This document shows positions 51,628 to 62,269 of a DNA stretch of 64,000 nt, piece after piece. Below the pieces are notes generated by a model. It saw nothing but the letters and a program-made list of their open reading frames with translations. It did no database searches and was not told the origin of the DNA. The stretch spans positions 787,090,001-787,154,000 of the forward strand of contig NC_091283.1 of NCBI RefSeq assembly GCF_032444005.1. The letters are read 5' to 3'. Positions within the stretch are counted from its first letter, which is position 1, and each line of letters begins with the position of its first letter. This DNA comes from Ranitomeya imitator. Lineage: Eukaryota. The position numbers and the translations under genes are program-made.

Positions 51628-52910
51628 CCCCTTTCTGCCAGCTGACGGAATAGTACGTCAGCTGGCAGATCCCCTGCTTTGAGGTGGGCTCCGGCGGTGA
51701 GCCCACCTCAAAGCCGCAACATGTCAGCTGTTTTGTACAGCTGACATGTGCGCGCAATGAGCGCAAGCGGAATCGCGATCCGCCCGCGCCCATTAACTAG
51801 TTAAATGCCGCCGTCAAGCGCTGACAGCGGCATTTAACTAGCGCTCCCAGCCGCGCGGCCGGAAGTGCTCGCACTGCGGACCCCCGTCACATGATCGGGG
51901 GTCAGCAGTGCATCGCCATAACAACCAGAGGTCTCCTTGAGACCTCTATGGTTGTTGATGGCCGATTGCTTTGAGCGCCACCCTGTGGTCGGCGTTCAAA
52001 GCAACCTTGCATTTCTGCTACATAGAGGTGATCTGTACTTCACCTCTATGTAGCAGAGCCGATCGAGTTATGCATGCTTCTAGCCTCCCACGGAGGCTAT
52101 TGAAGCATGCCAAAATTTAAAAAAAAAAGTGATTAAAAATATAAAAAAAATAAAAAATATATAAAAGTTCAAATCACCCCCCTTTCGCCCCAATCAAAAT
52201 AAAACAATTAAAAAAAAAACAAACATACACATATTTGGTATCGCCGCGTTCAGAATCGCTCGATCTATCAATAAAAACAAAGGATTAACCTGACCGCTAA
52301 ATGACGTAGCGAGAAAAAAAATCAAAATGCCAAAATTACGTTTTTTTGGTCGTCGCGACATTGCATTAAAATGCAATAACGGGTGATCAAAAGAACGTAT
52401 CTACACCAAAATGGTATCATTAAAAACGCCAGCTCGGCACGCAAAAAATAAGCCCTCACCTGACCCCAGATGACGAAAATTGGAGACGCTACGGGTATCG
52501 GAAAATCGCACATTTTTTTTTTTTTTTTTTTAGCAAAATTTGGAACTTTTTTTCACCACTTAGATAAAAAATAACCTAGACATGTTTGGTGTCTATGAAC
52601 TCGTACTGACCTGGAGAATCATAATGGCAGGTTAGTTTTAGCATTTAGTGAACCTAGCAAAAAAGCCAAACAAAAAACAAGTGTGAGATTGCACTTTTTT
52701 TGCAATTTCATCACACTTGGAATTTTTTTCCCATTTTCTGTTACATGGCATGGTAAAATCAATGATGTCGTTCAAAAGCACATCTCGTCCCGCAAAAAAT
52801 AATCCCTCACATGGCCATATTGACGGAAAAACAAAAAAGTTATGGCTCTGGGAAGGAGGGGACCAAAAAACGAAAATGAAAAAGCGGAAAAAGCTCCGGG
52901 GGTGAAGGGG
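51628..52910. mobile_element. piggyBac-like MITE (1283 bp) inserted in the 5' LTR
   Basis: TTAT|CCCCTT...AAGGGG|TTAA; absent from the other LTR at the matching position (about 46825). Confidence 0.85.
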
Positions 52911-53056
52911 TTAAAATACCCGTTCCATCACTGTCAGCTCACCTGCCTAGCCCAGAACACACTTCGCTGCCACCAGCTCAGATTTCTCACAGGGAGGGGT
53001 TCGAGCCAACCCAAATTAGTAGCATAATTACTTCAGAAGACTTAGGGTACGTTTTA

Positions 53057-53363
53057 GGCTACGTTCACACTAGCGTTGTGCGCCGCTGTGTCGGCGACGC
53101 GACGCACAACGCACGCAAAAACGCTGCGTTTTTCGACGCGTGCGTCGTTTTTTGACGAAAATCGGACGCAAGAAAAATGCAACTTGTTGCGTTTTCTTGG
53201 TCCGACGCTAGCGTCAAAAAAGACGCACGTGTCGGAAAACGCAACAAGCAAAAACGCATGCGTCCCCCATGTTAAACATAGGGGCGCATGACGCGTGCGT
53301 CGCCGCTGCGTCGCCCGACGCTAGCGCGACGCACACTAGCCGAACGCTAGTGTGAACGTAGCC
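53057..53363. mobile_element. PIF/Harbinger-type MITE (307 bp) inserted in the 5' LTR of the gypsy element
   Basis: Perfect TIR GGCTACGTTCACACTAGCGTT; TSD TTA (53054-53056, 53364-53366); absent from the other LTR. Confidence 0.92.
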
Positions 53364-53977
53364 TTAGAGCAGGAGAACAAAGCTAGTATTTTATATATTT
53401 TATTCCATAAAAGATTAGGCAGTGTTTATAAAAGGCATATAAAGATGTTACAATGTGAGACAATTTAAACGTATGTACAGCAATTATAAAATAATCAGGG
53501 ATTAAACGAGAAATTAAAACTTACATGTGCTCAGATCATTTCAGGCAAGCCATGCTGGTGGGTGGATCCCCAAATGTCCCAATTCATGAGATAAGACCTG
53601 CTGTAACAGCTCCTCAGGCAAGACTGAAGGCTGGGTTAAGTGAGGTCACTTATACCTGCAGGCTTGTGACATCACTAAAGGGCTGGTTAATGATATTCAC
53701 TGATCTCAGAGATATTCACATTTCTAGACTCTGGAGACAAAATAAATTCCTGAGTGAGAAGGGAGGGACAACAGGTGGCTTTGCAGGATTGGTCACCTGC
53801 AGTTTAATGCCACACCCTGCTCACCCACTAGCTTCAAGTTACCCAGTGTCTCCACCATATGGCTTGTTTGTTGTATTCAGGGGGGAGAGAGAGAGAGGGG
53901 GGGTCAAAGCTGCCATGTGCTTTCAGGACCATGGTCACGTGCAAAAATCCCTCTGCTATGGTATTTTACATTATCGT

Positions 53978-53980
<3 letters not shown>

Positions 53981-54032
<52 letters not shown>
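53981..54032. repeat. (TA)n microsatellite; a second tract lies at about 46376-46415
   Basis: Visible. Confidence 0.95.
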
Positions 54033-54037
<5 letters not shown>

Positions 54038-54197
54038 TAGTAGGAAGAACAGAGCCGGCACTCATCGATCGTCCAAGACAGGTTACTTTATTAAAGTGCG
54101 GTTAAAAATCATCACGGCCGGGGGTGCTAGGTAAGGAGAGCGGCAAGCATGACGACGGCCGTTTCGCGCCTGGTAGGCGCTTCTATGGGTCAGTGAG
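54033..54197 (-). mobile_element. Penelope-like tail fragment between (TA)n tracts
   Basis: Minus strand: stem-GAAAC-GGCC-GTC motif, then AATAAA and GAGTGCCGG. Confidence 0.55.
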
Positions 54198-55409
54198 ATA
54201 TATATATATATATCTGGAAGTTTTTAAAAAAGAGCCTATGGTGCCCTATCTAACAACATGGAGGACTGCGAAAACCCAGAGCCTATAAGATGAAAAGATC
54301 CTCCAAAAGCAAGAATAATAAATATTTTTTATTTAATTTCCAATATAATAAAAACATGATAATGAAATAGAACACAGGGGATGACAACACTTACTGTACA
54401 AAAAACTAAATGCACTGTGCAAGCGAATAAATAGTTAATCCATATAGAAAAAATAGAAAAAATAAAGTGCATAAAAATTGGTAAACACCTGATAGGAGCA
54501 CAATCCTATAGAGCAGCATCTAGTATCAATAAAAGACATGTATCATACCAGACCTTTCAGAAAGCCATATACTGCATAAAGTACAGATTATTCACGAGGA
54601 AGAGTGCTAAGTAGGGTTGAGCGAAACGGGTCGAACATTTTCAAAAGTCGCCGACTTTTGGCTAAGTCGGGGTTTCATGAAACCCGATCCGACCCCTGTG
54701 CGTGGTCGGCCATGCGGTACGCGACTTTCGCGCCAAAGTCGCGTTTCAATGACGCGAAAAGCGCCATTTCTCAGCCAATGAAGGTAAACGCAGAGTGTGG
54801 GCAGCGTGATGACATAGGTCCTGGTCCCCACCATCTTAGAGAAGGGCATTGCAGTGATTGGCTTGCTGTCTGCGACGTCACAGGGGCTATAAAGAGGCGT
54901 TCCCGCCGACCGCCATCTTACTGCTGCTGATCTGAGCTTAGGGAGAGGTTGCTGCCGCTTTGTCAGAAGCAGGGATAGCGTTAGGCAGGGTCCATTAACC
55001 ACAAAACCGCTTGTGCTGCAGCGATTTGCACTGTCCAACACCACCCTCGGTGTGCAGGGACAGTGGAAGTTTTTTTTTTTCCCCTCAGCGCTGTAGCTCA
55101 TTGGGCTGCCCTAGAAGGCTCCCTGATAGCTGCATTGCTGTGTGTACGCCGCTGTGCAAACCAACTGCTTTTTTCAAAGCACAAATCCTCTTGTTCCTTC
55201 CTTTCTGCACAGCTATCTTTTTTGTTTGTCCACACTTTTTATTTCATTTGTGCATCAGTCCACTCCTTATTGCTGCCTGCCATACCTGGCTGAGATTACT
55301 GCAGGCAGGGAGATAGTAGCTGCCTGCCATACCTGGCTGAGATTACTGCAGGCAGGGAGATAGTAATTGTAGGACATTCCCTGTTTTTTTTTTTTTTTTT
55401 TTTTGGTGG

Positions 55410-56821
55410 GAGATTAAGATTGGCAATTTGGCATTTCTGCTAGAGTGCCATCCCTGTGTGTGCCATCTCTCTCACATAGTGGGCCATAGAAAGCCTTTTC
55501 ATTTTTCTGTATTTTTTTTTGTGGGGTGTATAAATTCTCCCTGATAAAAATACAGTGGGAGATTAATATTGGCCTTTGGGCTTGTGTGCCAGTCCTGAGT
55601 GTGCCATCTCTCTCACAAATAGTGGGCCATAGAAAGCCTATTTAATTTTTTTTTTGGTTTTATAAATTTTCCCTGAAAAAAGGGAGATTAATATTGGCCT
55701 CTGGGCTTGTGTGCCAGTTGTGAGCGTGCCATCTGTGCCAGTCCTGAGCGTGCCATCTCTCTCACAAATAGTGGGCCATAGAAAGCCTATTTAAATATTT
55801 TTTTGGTTTTATAAATTCTCCCAGAAAAAAAGGGAGATTAATATTGGCCTCTGGGCTTCTGTGCCAGTCCTGAGCGTGCCATCTGTGCCAGTCCTGAGCG
55901 TCCCATCTCTCTCACAAATAGTGGGCCATAGAAAGCCTATTTAATTTTTTTTTTGGTTTTATAAATTCTCCCAGAAAAAAAGGGAGATTAATATTGGCCT
56001 CTGGGCTTGTGTGCCAGTTGTGAGCGTGCCATCTGTGCCAGTCCTGAGCGTGCCATCTCTCTCACAAATAGTGGGCCATAGAAAGCCTATTTAATTTTTT
56101 TTTTGGTTTTATAAATTCTCCCAGAAAAAAAGGGAGATTAATATTGGCCTCTGGGCTTCTGTGCCAGTCCTGAGCGTGCCATCTGTGCCAGTCCTGAGCG
56201 TCCCATCTCTCTCACAAATAGTGGGCCATAGAAAGCCTATTTTTTTTTTGGGGGGGGTTTTAGAAATTCTCCCTGGAAAAAAAAAGGGAGATTAATATTG
56301 CCCTTTGGGCTTGTGTGCCAGTACTAAGCGTTCCATCTCTCTCTCTCTCTCTTAGTCAGTGGGCCATAGAACGCCTATTTTTGGTTTTATTTGTTTTCTA
56401 AATTCTCCCTGAAAAAATCATTTTATTTTATTTGGTTTCTAAATTCTTCCTGATAAAATCATATTTTTTTTATTATTTTTTTTTCTAAAGTCTCCCTGAA
56501 AAAAAAAAAAAAAAAAAAAAAAACAGTGGGAGATTAATATTGGCCTTTCTGCTTGTGTGCCAGTCTTGACTCCTGGGTGCGTCATCTCTCAGTCAGTGGG
56601 CCATAGAACGCCTATTTTTGGTTTTATTTGTTTTCTAAATTCTCCCTGAAAAAATCATTTTATTTTATTTGGTTTCTAAATTCTTCCTGATAAAATCATA
56701 TTTTTTTTATTATTTTTTTTTCTAAAGTCTCCCTGAAAAAAAAAAAAAAAAACAACCAAAAAAAACAGTGGGAGATTAATATTGGCCTTTCTGCTTGTGT
56801 GCCAGTCTTGACTCCTGGGTG

Positions 56822-56872
<51 letters not shown>

Positions 56873-57249
56873 ATTGTGGTCCATAGAAAGCCTATATTTT
56901 TTTTCCTTGATTTGGGTTCCAAAATCTACCAGAGAAAATAACTACATCAATCATTGGTAGAAAAATATTGGCCTCTGGGCTTGTGTGCCACTTCTGATTC
57001 CTGTGTGCGTCATCTCTCAGTCAGTGGGCCATAGAACGCCTATTTTTGTTTTTATTTGTTTTATAAATTCTCCCTGAAAAAATCATTTTATTTTATTTGG
57101 TTTCTAAATTCTTCCTGATAAAATCATATTTTTTTTATTATTTTTTTTTCTAAAGTCTCCCTGAAAAAAAAAAAAAAAAACAACCAAAAAAAACAGTGGG
57201 AGATTAATATTGGCCTTTCTGCTTGTGTGCCAGTCTTGACTCCTGGGTG

Positions 57250-57296
<47 letters not shown>

Positions 57297-57668
57297 ATTG
57301 TGGTCCATAGAAAGCCTATATTTTTTTTCCTTGATTTGGGTTCCAAAATCTACCAGAGAAAATAACTACATCAATCATTGGTAGAAAAATATTGGCCTCT
57401 GGGCTTGTGTGCCACTCCTGATTCCTGTGTGCGTCATCTCTCAGTCAGTGGGCCATAGAACGCCTATTTTTGTTTTTATTTGTTTTATAAATTCTCCCTG
57501 AAAAAATCATTTTATTTTATTTGGTTTCTAAATTCTTCCTGATAAAATCATATTTTTTTTATTATTTTTTTTTCTAAAGTCTCCCTGACAAAAAAAAAAA
57601 AAAAAAAAAAAACAGTGGGAGATTAATATTGGCCTTTCTGCTTGTGTGCCAGTCTTGACTCCTGGGTG

Positions 57669-57715
<47 letters not shown>

Positions 57716-57880
57716 ATTGTGGTCCATAGAAAGCCTATATTTTTTTTCCTTGATTTGGGTTCCAAAATCTACCAGAGAAAATAACTCCATCAATCATTGG
57801 TAGAAAAATATTGGCCTCTGGGCTTGTGTGCCACTCCTGATTCCTGTGTGCGTCATCTCTCACTCAGTGGCCCATAGAAA
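55410..57880. repeat. Left subterminal array of hAT copy 2: about 150-bp units, then a higher-order unit of about 420 bp x3 with (CT)n
   Basis: GGGAGATTAATATTGG recurs about every 150 bp; CAATTGTGGTCCATAG at 56871, 57295 and 57714. Confidence 0.9.
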
Positions 57881-58220
57881 GCATATAGTTTGTTACATTT
57901 GTTTTCTAAATTCTCCCTGCAAAAATCAAATTTCTTTTTTTTTTGGGGGGGTTTCTAAAGTGTTCCTGAAAAAAATAAAAATAAAAAACAAATAATAGTG
58001 TGACATTAATATTAACATTTGTGCTTCAGTGACAGTCCTGCGTGTGGGGCATCTCTCTAATTTGCAGCCACCAAAAAAAGAGTGTGTAACATTGTGCCTG
58101 ATTTTCGCGGTGGTCTCACCAACCTGTAAAGGGGTAGCTAAATCATACTGAAGTTATAGCTCACCGTGTAAGTTGTGTGACTGCAACAAATAACGTTAGT
58201 TTGGTTACGTTTTTAAAACA

Positions 58221-61200
58221 ATGAGGAAGTCTAGTGGAAGAGGTCGTGGCCGGGGGCGTTCATTGTCAGCTGGTAATGAGGGTAGTGGTAGTGGTGGAGC
58301 ATCAGGTGGTCGTGGGGAAAAAAATATTGCACCTAAGTCTGGAGCTGTGGAGCCAGGTTCGTCGTCCGGCTACACAAGGCCTCGAACGCTCCCTTTTCTG
58401 GGATTAGGAAAACCGCTTTTAAAGCCGGAGCAGCAAGAGCAAGTTTTGGCTTATCTTGCTGACTCAGCCTCTAGCTCTTTTGCCTCCTCTCGTGAAACTG
58501 GTAAAAGTAAAAGCAGCGCGTCGTTAGTGGATGTTCACGGTCAGGGACAAGTCACTTCCTTGTCCTCTTCAGCAAAAACAACAACAGAGAAGAATGCAGC
58601 AGGCGACACAACGGGTTACTCCATGGAGCTCTTTACACATACCGTCCCTGGCTTAGAAAGTGAAGCAGTTAACAGTCCATGCCCATTACAAATTGAATCT
58701 GACATGGAGTGCAGTGACGCACAGCCACAGCCAGACTACTATGCTGGTCCTTTGACTCAGACCACAACATTGCCCTCGCAGGGTGCTGATCAAGAATCAG
58801 ACCCTGATGAGACTATGTTGCCCCATCACGAACGCTATACCACCGAACGACACGGTGACACAGACGAAGTTGCGCAGGAGGTACAAGAAGAGTTATTAGA
58901 TGACCCAGTTCTTGACCCCGATTGGCAGCCATTGGGGGAACAGGGTGCAGGCGGCAGCAGTTCTGAAGCAGAGGAGGAGGAGGGGCCGCAGCAGGCATCA
59001 ACATCGCCACAGGTTCCATCTGCCGGGCCCGTATCTTGCCCAAAACGCGTGGCAAAGCCAAAACCTGGTGGAGGACAGCGTGGCCATCCGGTTAAAGCTC
59101 AGTCTGCAATGCCTGAAAAGGTATCCGATGCTAGAAAGAGTGCAGTCTGGCATTTTTTTAAACAACATCCAATTGATCAGCGCAAAGTCATCTGTCAAAA
59201 ATGTTCTACTTCCTTAAGCAGAGGTCAGAATCTGAAAAGTCTCAATACTAGTTGCATGCATAGACATTTAACCACCATGCATTTGAAAGCTTGGACTAAC
59301 TACCAAACGTCCCTTAAGGTTGTTGCACCCTCGGCCAATGAAGCTAGTCATCAACGCAACATCCCTTCCGGCAGTGTAGGACCACCATTTAGCGCACCAC
59401 CTGCTGTATCTGTGCAGGTATCTTTGCCAGGCCAAAGCAGTCAGGGTCAGGGAATCACCAGTTTCGTAGTAGGAAACACTGCATCTAGGGCACCGGCGGC
59501 AACAATACCATCTCCCACCGTCTCTCAGTCTGCCATGTCCACCGGCACCCCCGCTAGTTCCACGATCTCCATCTCTCCAGTCCAGCTCACCCTACATGAG
59601 ACTATGGTTAGAAAAAGGAAGTACTTAGCCTCGCATCCGCGTACACAGGGTTTGAACGCCCACATAGCTAGACTAATCTCGTTAGAGATGATGCCCTACC
59701 GGTTAGTTGAAAGCGAAGCTTTCAAAGACCTGATGGACTACGCTGTACCACGCTACGAGCTACCCAGTCGACACTTTTTTTCCAGAAAAGCCATCCCAGC
59801 CCTCCACCAGCATGTTAAAGAGCGCATCGTCCATGCACTCAGGCAATCTGTGAGCACAAAGGTGCACCTGACAACAGATGCATGGACCAGTAGGCATGGC
59901 CAGGGACGTTACGTGTCCATCACGGCACACTGGGTAAATGTGGTGGATTCAGGGTCCACAGGGGACAGCAAGTTTGGGACAGTTCTGCCTAGCCCACGGT
60001 CTAGTAAACAGTTGTCTGTAGCCGTTCGCACCCCCTCCTCCTCCTCCTCCTCCTCGTCCTCCTGCAGAAGCAAGAGCTCGTCCACAGACCGCAGTCGCAC
60101 AAACACTCCATCCGCACCTGCCACTGTTGCACACCAGGTCTCCCATTATGGGGCAGCTACTGGCATACGTCAGCAGGCTGTATTGGCTATGAAGTGTTTG
60201 GGCGACAATAGACACACCGCGGAAGTTCTGTCCGAGTTCTTGCAGCAAGAAACGCAGTCGTGGCTGGGCACTGTAGATCTTGAGGCAGGCAAGGTAGTGA
60301 GTGATAACGGAAGGAATTTCATGGCTGCCATCTCCCTTTCCCAACTGAAACACATTCCTTGCCTGGCTCACACCTTAAACCTGGTGGTGCAGTGCTTCCT
60401 GAAAAGTTATCCGGGGTTATCCGACCTGCTCCTCAAAGTGCGTGGACTTTGCGCACATATCCGCCGTTCGCCTGTACACTCCAGCCGTATGCAGACCTAT
60501 CAGCGTTCTTTGAACCTTCCCCAGCATCGCCTAATCATAGACGTTGCAACAAGGTGGAACTCAACACTGCACATGCTTCAGAGACTGTGCGAACAGAGGC
60601 GGGCTGTTATGTTTTTGTGGGAGGATACACATACACGGGCAGGCAGTAGGATGGCAGACATGGAGTTGTCAGGTGTGCAGTGGTCGAAGATTCAAGACAT
60701 GTGTCAAGTCCTTCAGTGTTTTGAGGAATGCACACGGCTGGTTAGTGCAGACAACGCCATAATAAGCATGAGCATCCCCCTAATGCGTCTGCTGATGCAA
60801 AGTTTGACGCACATAAAGGATCAGGCGTCTGCACCAGAGGAAGAGGAAAGCCTTGATGACAGTCAGCGATTGTCTGGTCAGGGCAGTGTACATGACGAGG
60901 TACCGGGCGAAGAGGAGGTGGAGGATGAGGAGGATGATGGGGATGAGTATATTTTTAATGAGGAAGCTTTCCCGGGGGCACGGGAAATTGGTGGCGTGGC
61001 AAGGCCGGGTTCTGGTTTTTTGAGGGACACAAGTGACGTAGATTTGCCTGCAACTGCCCCTCAACCAAGCACAACCGCAGATTTGACAACGGGAACTTTG
61101 GCCCACATGGCGGATTATGCCTTGCGTATCCTCAAAAGGGACACACGCATTACAAAAATGATGAACGATGACGATTACTGGTTGGCCTGCCTCCTTGATC

Positions 61201-61799
61201 CTCGCTATAAAGGCAAATTGCAAAATATTATGCCACATGAGAACTTGGAACTAATATTAGCAACAAAACAATCAACTCTTGTTGACCGTTTGCTTCTGGC
61301 ATTCCCTGCACACAGCGCCCGTGATCGTTCTCACACGAGCTCCAGGGGCCAGCAGACCAGAGGTGTTAGAGGGGCAGAAATCAGAAGTGGCGTTGGCCAG
61401 AGGGGTTTTCTGACCAGGTTGTGGAGTGATTTTTCTAGGACCGCAGACAGGACAGGTACTGCAGCATCAATTCAAAGTGACAGGAGACAACATTTGTCCA
61501 GTATGGTTACAAACTATTTTTCATCCCTTATCGACGTTCTCCCTCAACCGTCATTCCCATTTGATTACTGGGCATCCAAATTAGACACCTGGCCAGAATT
61601 GGCAGAATATGCATTGCAGGAGCTTGCTTGCCCGGCAGCTAGTGTCCTATCAGAAAGAGTATTCAGTGCTGCAGGTTCAATACTAACAGAAAAAAGGACT
61701 CGTCTGTCTACCCAAAATGTAGATGATCTAACCTTCATTAAAATGAACCACAACTGGATTTCAAAATCTTTTGCCCCACCCTGCCCGGCTGACACCTAG
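58221..61799 (+). CDS. Intact hAT-family transposase, 1192 aa (BED zinc finger, DDE core, CxxH, C-terminal dimerisation domain)
   Basis: BED finger SAVWHFF...CQKC...MHRHLTTMH; LTTDAWTS; VVSDNGRN; PCLAHTLNL; TRWNST; LLDPRYK; CPAASVLSERVFSAAG. Long RG-rich and low-complexity N-terminus; no stop codons or frameshifts. Confidence 0.95.
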   Translation: MRKSSGRGRGRGRSLSAGNEGSGSGGASGGRGEKNIAPKSGAVEPGSSSGYTRPRTLPFLGLGKPLLKPEQQEQVLAYLADSASSSFASSRETGKSKSSASLVDVHGQGQVTSLSSSAKTTTEKNAAGDTTGYSMELFTHTVPGLESEAVNSPCPLQIESDMECSDAQPQPDYYAGPLTQTTTLPSQGADQESDPDETMLPHHERYTTERHGDTDEVAQEVQEELLDDPVLDPDWQPLGEQGAGGSSSEAEEEEGPQQASTSPQVPSAGPVSCPKRVAKPKPGGGQRGHPVKAQSAMPEKVSDARKSAVWHFFKQHPIDQRKVICQKCSTSLSRGQNLKSLNTSCMHRHLTTMHLKAWTNYQTSLKVVAPSANEASHQRNIPSGSVGPPFSAPPAVSVQVSLPGQSSQGQGITSFVVGNTASRAPAATIPSPTVSQSAMSTGTPASSTISISPVQLTLHETMVRKRKYLASHPRTQGLNAHIARLISLEMMPYRLVESEAFKDLMDYAVPRYELPSRHFFSRKAIPALHQHVKERIVHALRQSVSTKVHLTTDAWTSRHGQGRYVSITAHWVNVVDSGSTGDSKFGTVLPSPRSSKQLSVAVRTPSSSSSSSSSCRSKSSSTDRSRTNTPSAPATVAHQVSHYGAATGIRQQAVLAMKCLGDNRHTAEVLSEFLQQETQSWLGTVDLEAGKVVSDNGRNFMAAISLSQLKHIPCLAHTLNLVVQCFLKSYPGLSDLLLKVRGLCAHIRRSPVHSSRMQTYQRSLNLPQHRLIIDVATRWNSTLHMLQRLCEQRRAVMFLWEDTHTRAGSRMADMELSGVQWSKIQDMCQVLQCFEECTRLVSADNAIISMSIPLMRLLMQSLTHIKDQASAPEEEESLDDSQRLSGQGSVHDEVPGEEEVEDEEDDGDEYIFNEEAFPGAREIGGVARPGSGFLRDTSDVDLPATAPQPSTTADLTTGTLAHMADYALRILKRDTRITKMMNDDDYWLACLLDPRYKGKLQNIMPHENLELILATKQSTLVDRLLLAFPAHSARDRSHTSSRGQQTRGVRGAEIRSGVGQRGFLTRLWSDFSRTADRTGTAASIQSDRRQHLSSMVTNYFSSLIDVLPQPSFPFDYWASKLDTWPELAEYALQELACPAASVLSERVFSAAGSILTEKRTRLSTQNVDDLTFIKMNHNWISKSFAPPCPADT

Positions 61800-62269
61800 C
61801 TTTCCTATGAAAAGGTCTTGCCTGTGGACTATTCTGAATGACTTTTCCAATCTCGTAATTTTCTTCACCTGATTGTCCAGCATACGACATGTTTCCACCT
61901 CACGAAATGGCCAAACTCCCCACACGGGGTCGTGCTATCGCCACTTTGCGCTTGGACCCTTGAGAGTGCTGTTTGTCTGAAGAGGTGGGTGAGCCCGCTT
62001 TTGGTCGACGGCACTGCCACTGGGTCCCTCATAGTACAATAAAGTGTCTCTGGCGGTGGTGGTGCGCACCCAACGTCAGACTCACCGTTGTAATATGAGG
62101 GGCCCTGTGCCTGTACCGCCGGCCACAAGCCAGTTCCCCCCCCCCCCAGCTCAAACAGTGCTCTACCACTAGCAAAATTATCTCTCACAGCTTCACCAAT
62201 GTGTAGTCTAGGCGCTGACATCCTTCAATGACTGGCACTGACAATACCATTGTTTTGACATTTTTGTTA

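Larger units (their letters stand above)
46416..53980 (-). mobile_element. Gmr1-like Ty3/gypsy LTR retrotransposon, internally deleted and multiply interrupted
   Basis: Two homologous LTRs; PBS; gag with a SCAN-like region and CCHC knuckle; degenerate protease; integrase C-terminus upstream of the RT N-terminus; (TA)n on both flanks. Confidence 0.85.
51228..53980 (-). repeat. 5' LTR (about 1.15 kb native, plus piggyBac-like and Harbinger MITE insertions)
   Basis: TGTCACGA...TCGTGAC termini; aligns to 46416-47358 once the two MITEs are removed. Confidence 0.88.

Noticed and set aside
58221-61799. Domesticated host gene (ZBED1/ZBED4-like)
   Set aside because: It has a TIR, a second nearby copy with TIRs and a TSD, and associated MITEs, so it is a transposon ORF and no host symbol was assigned.
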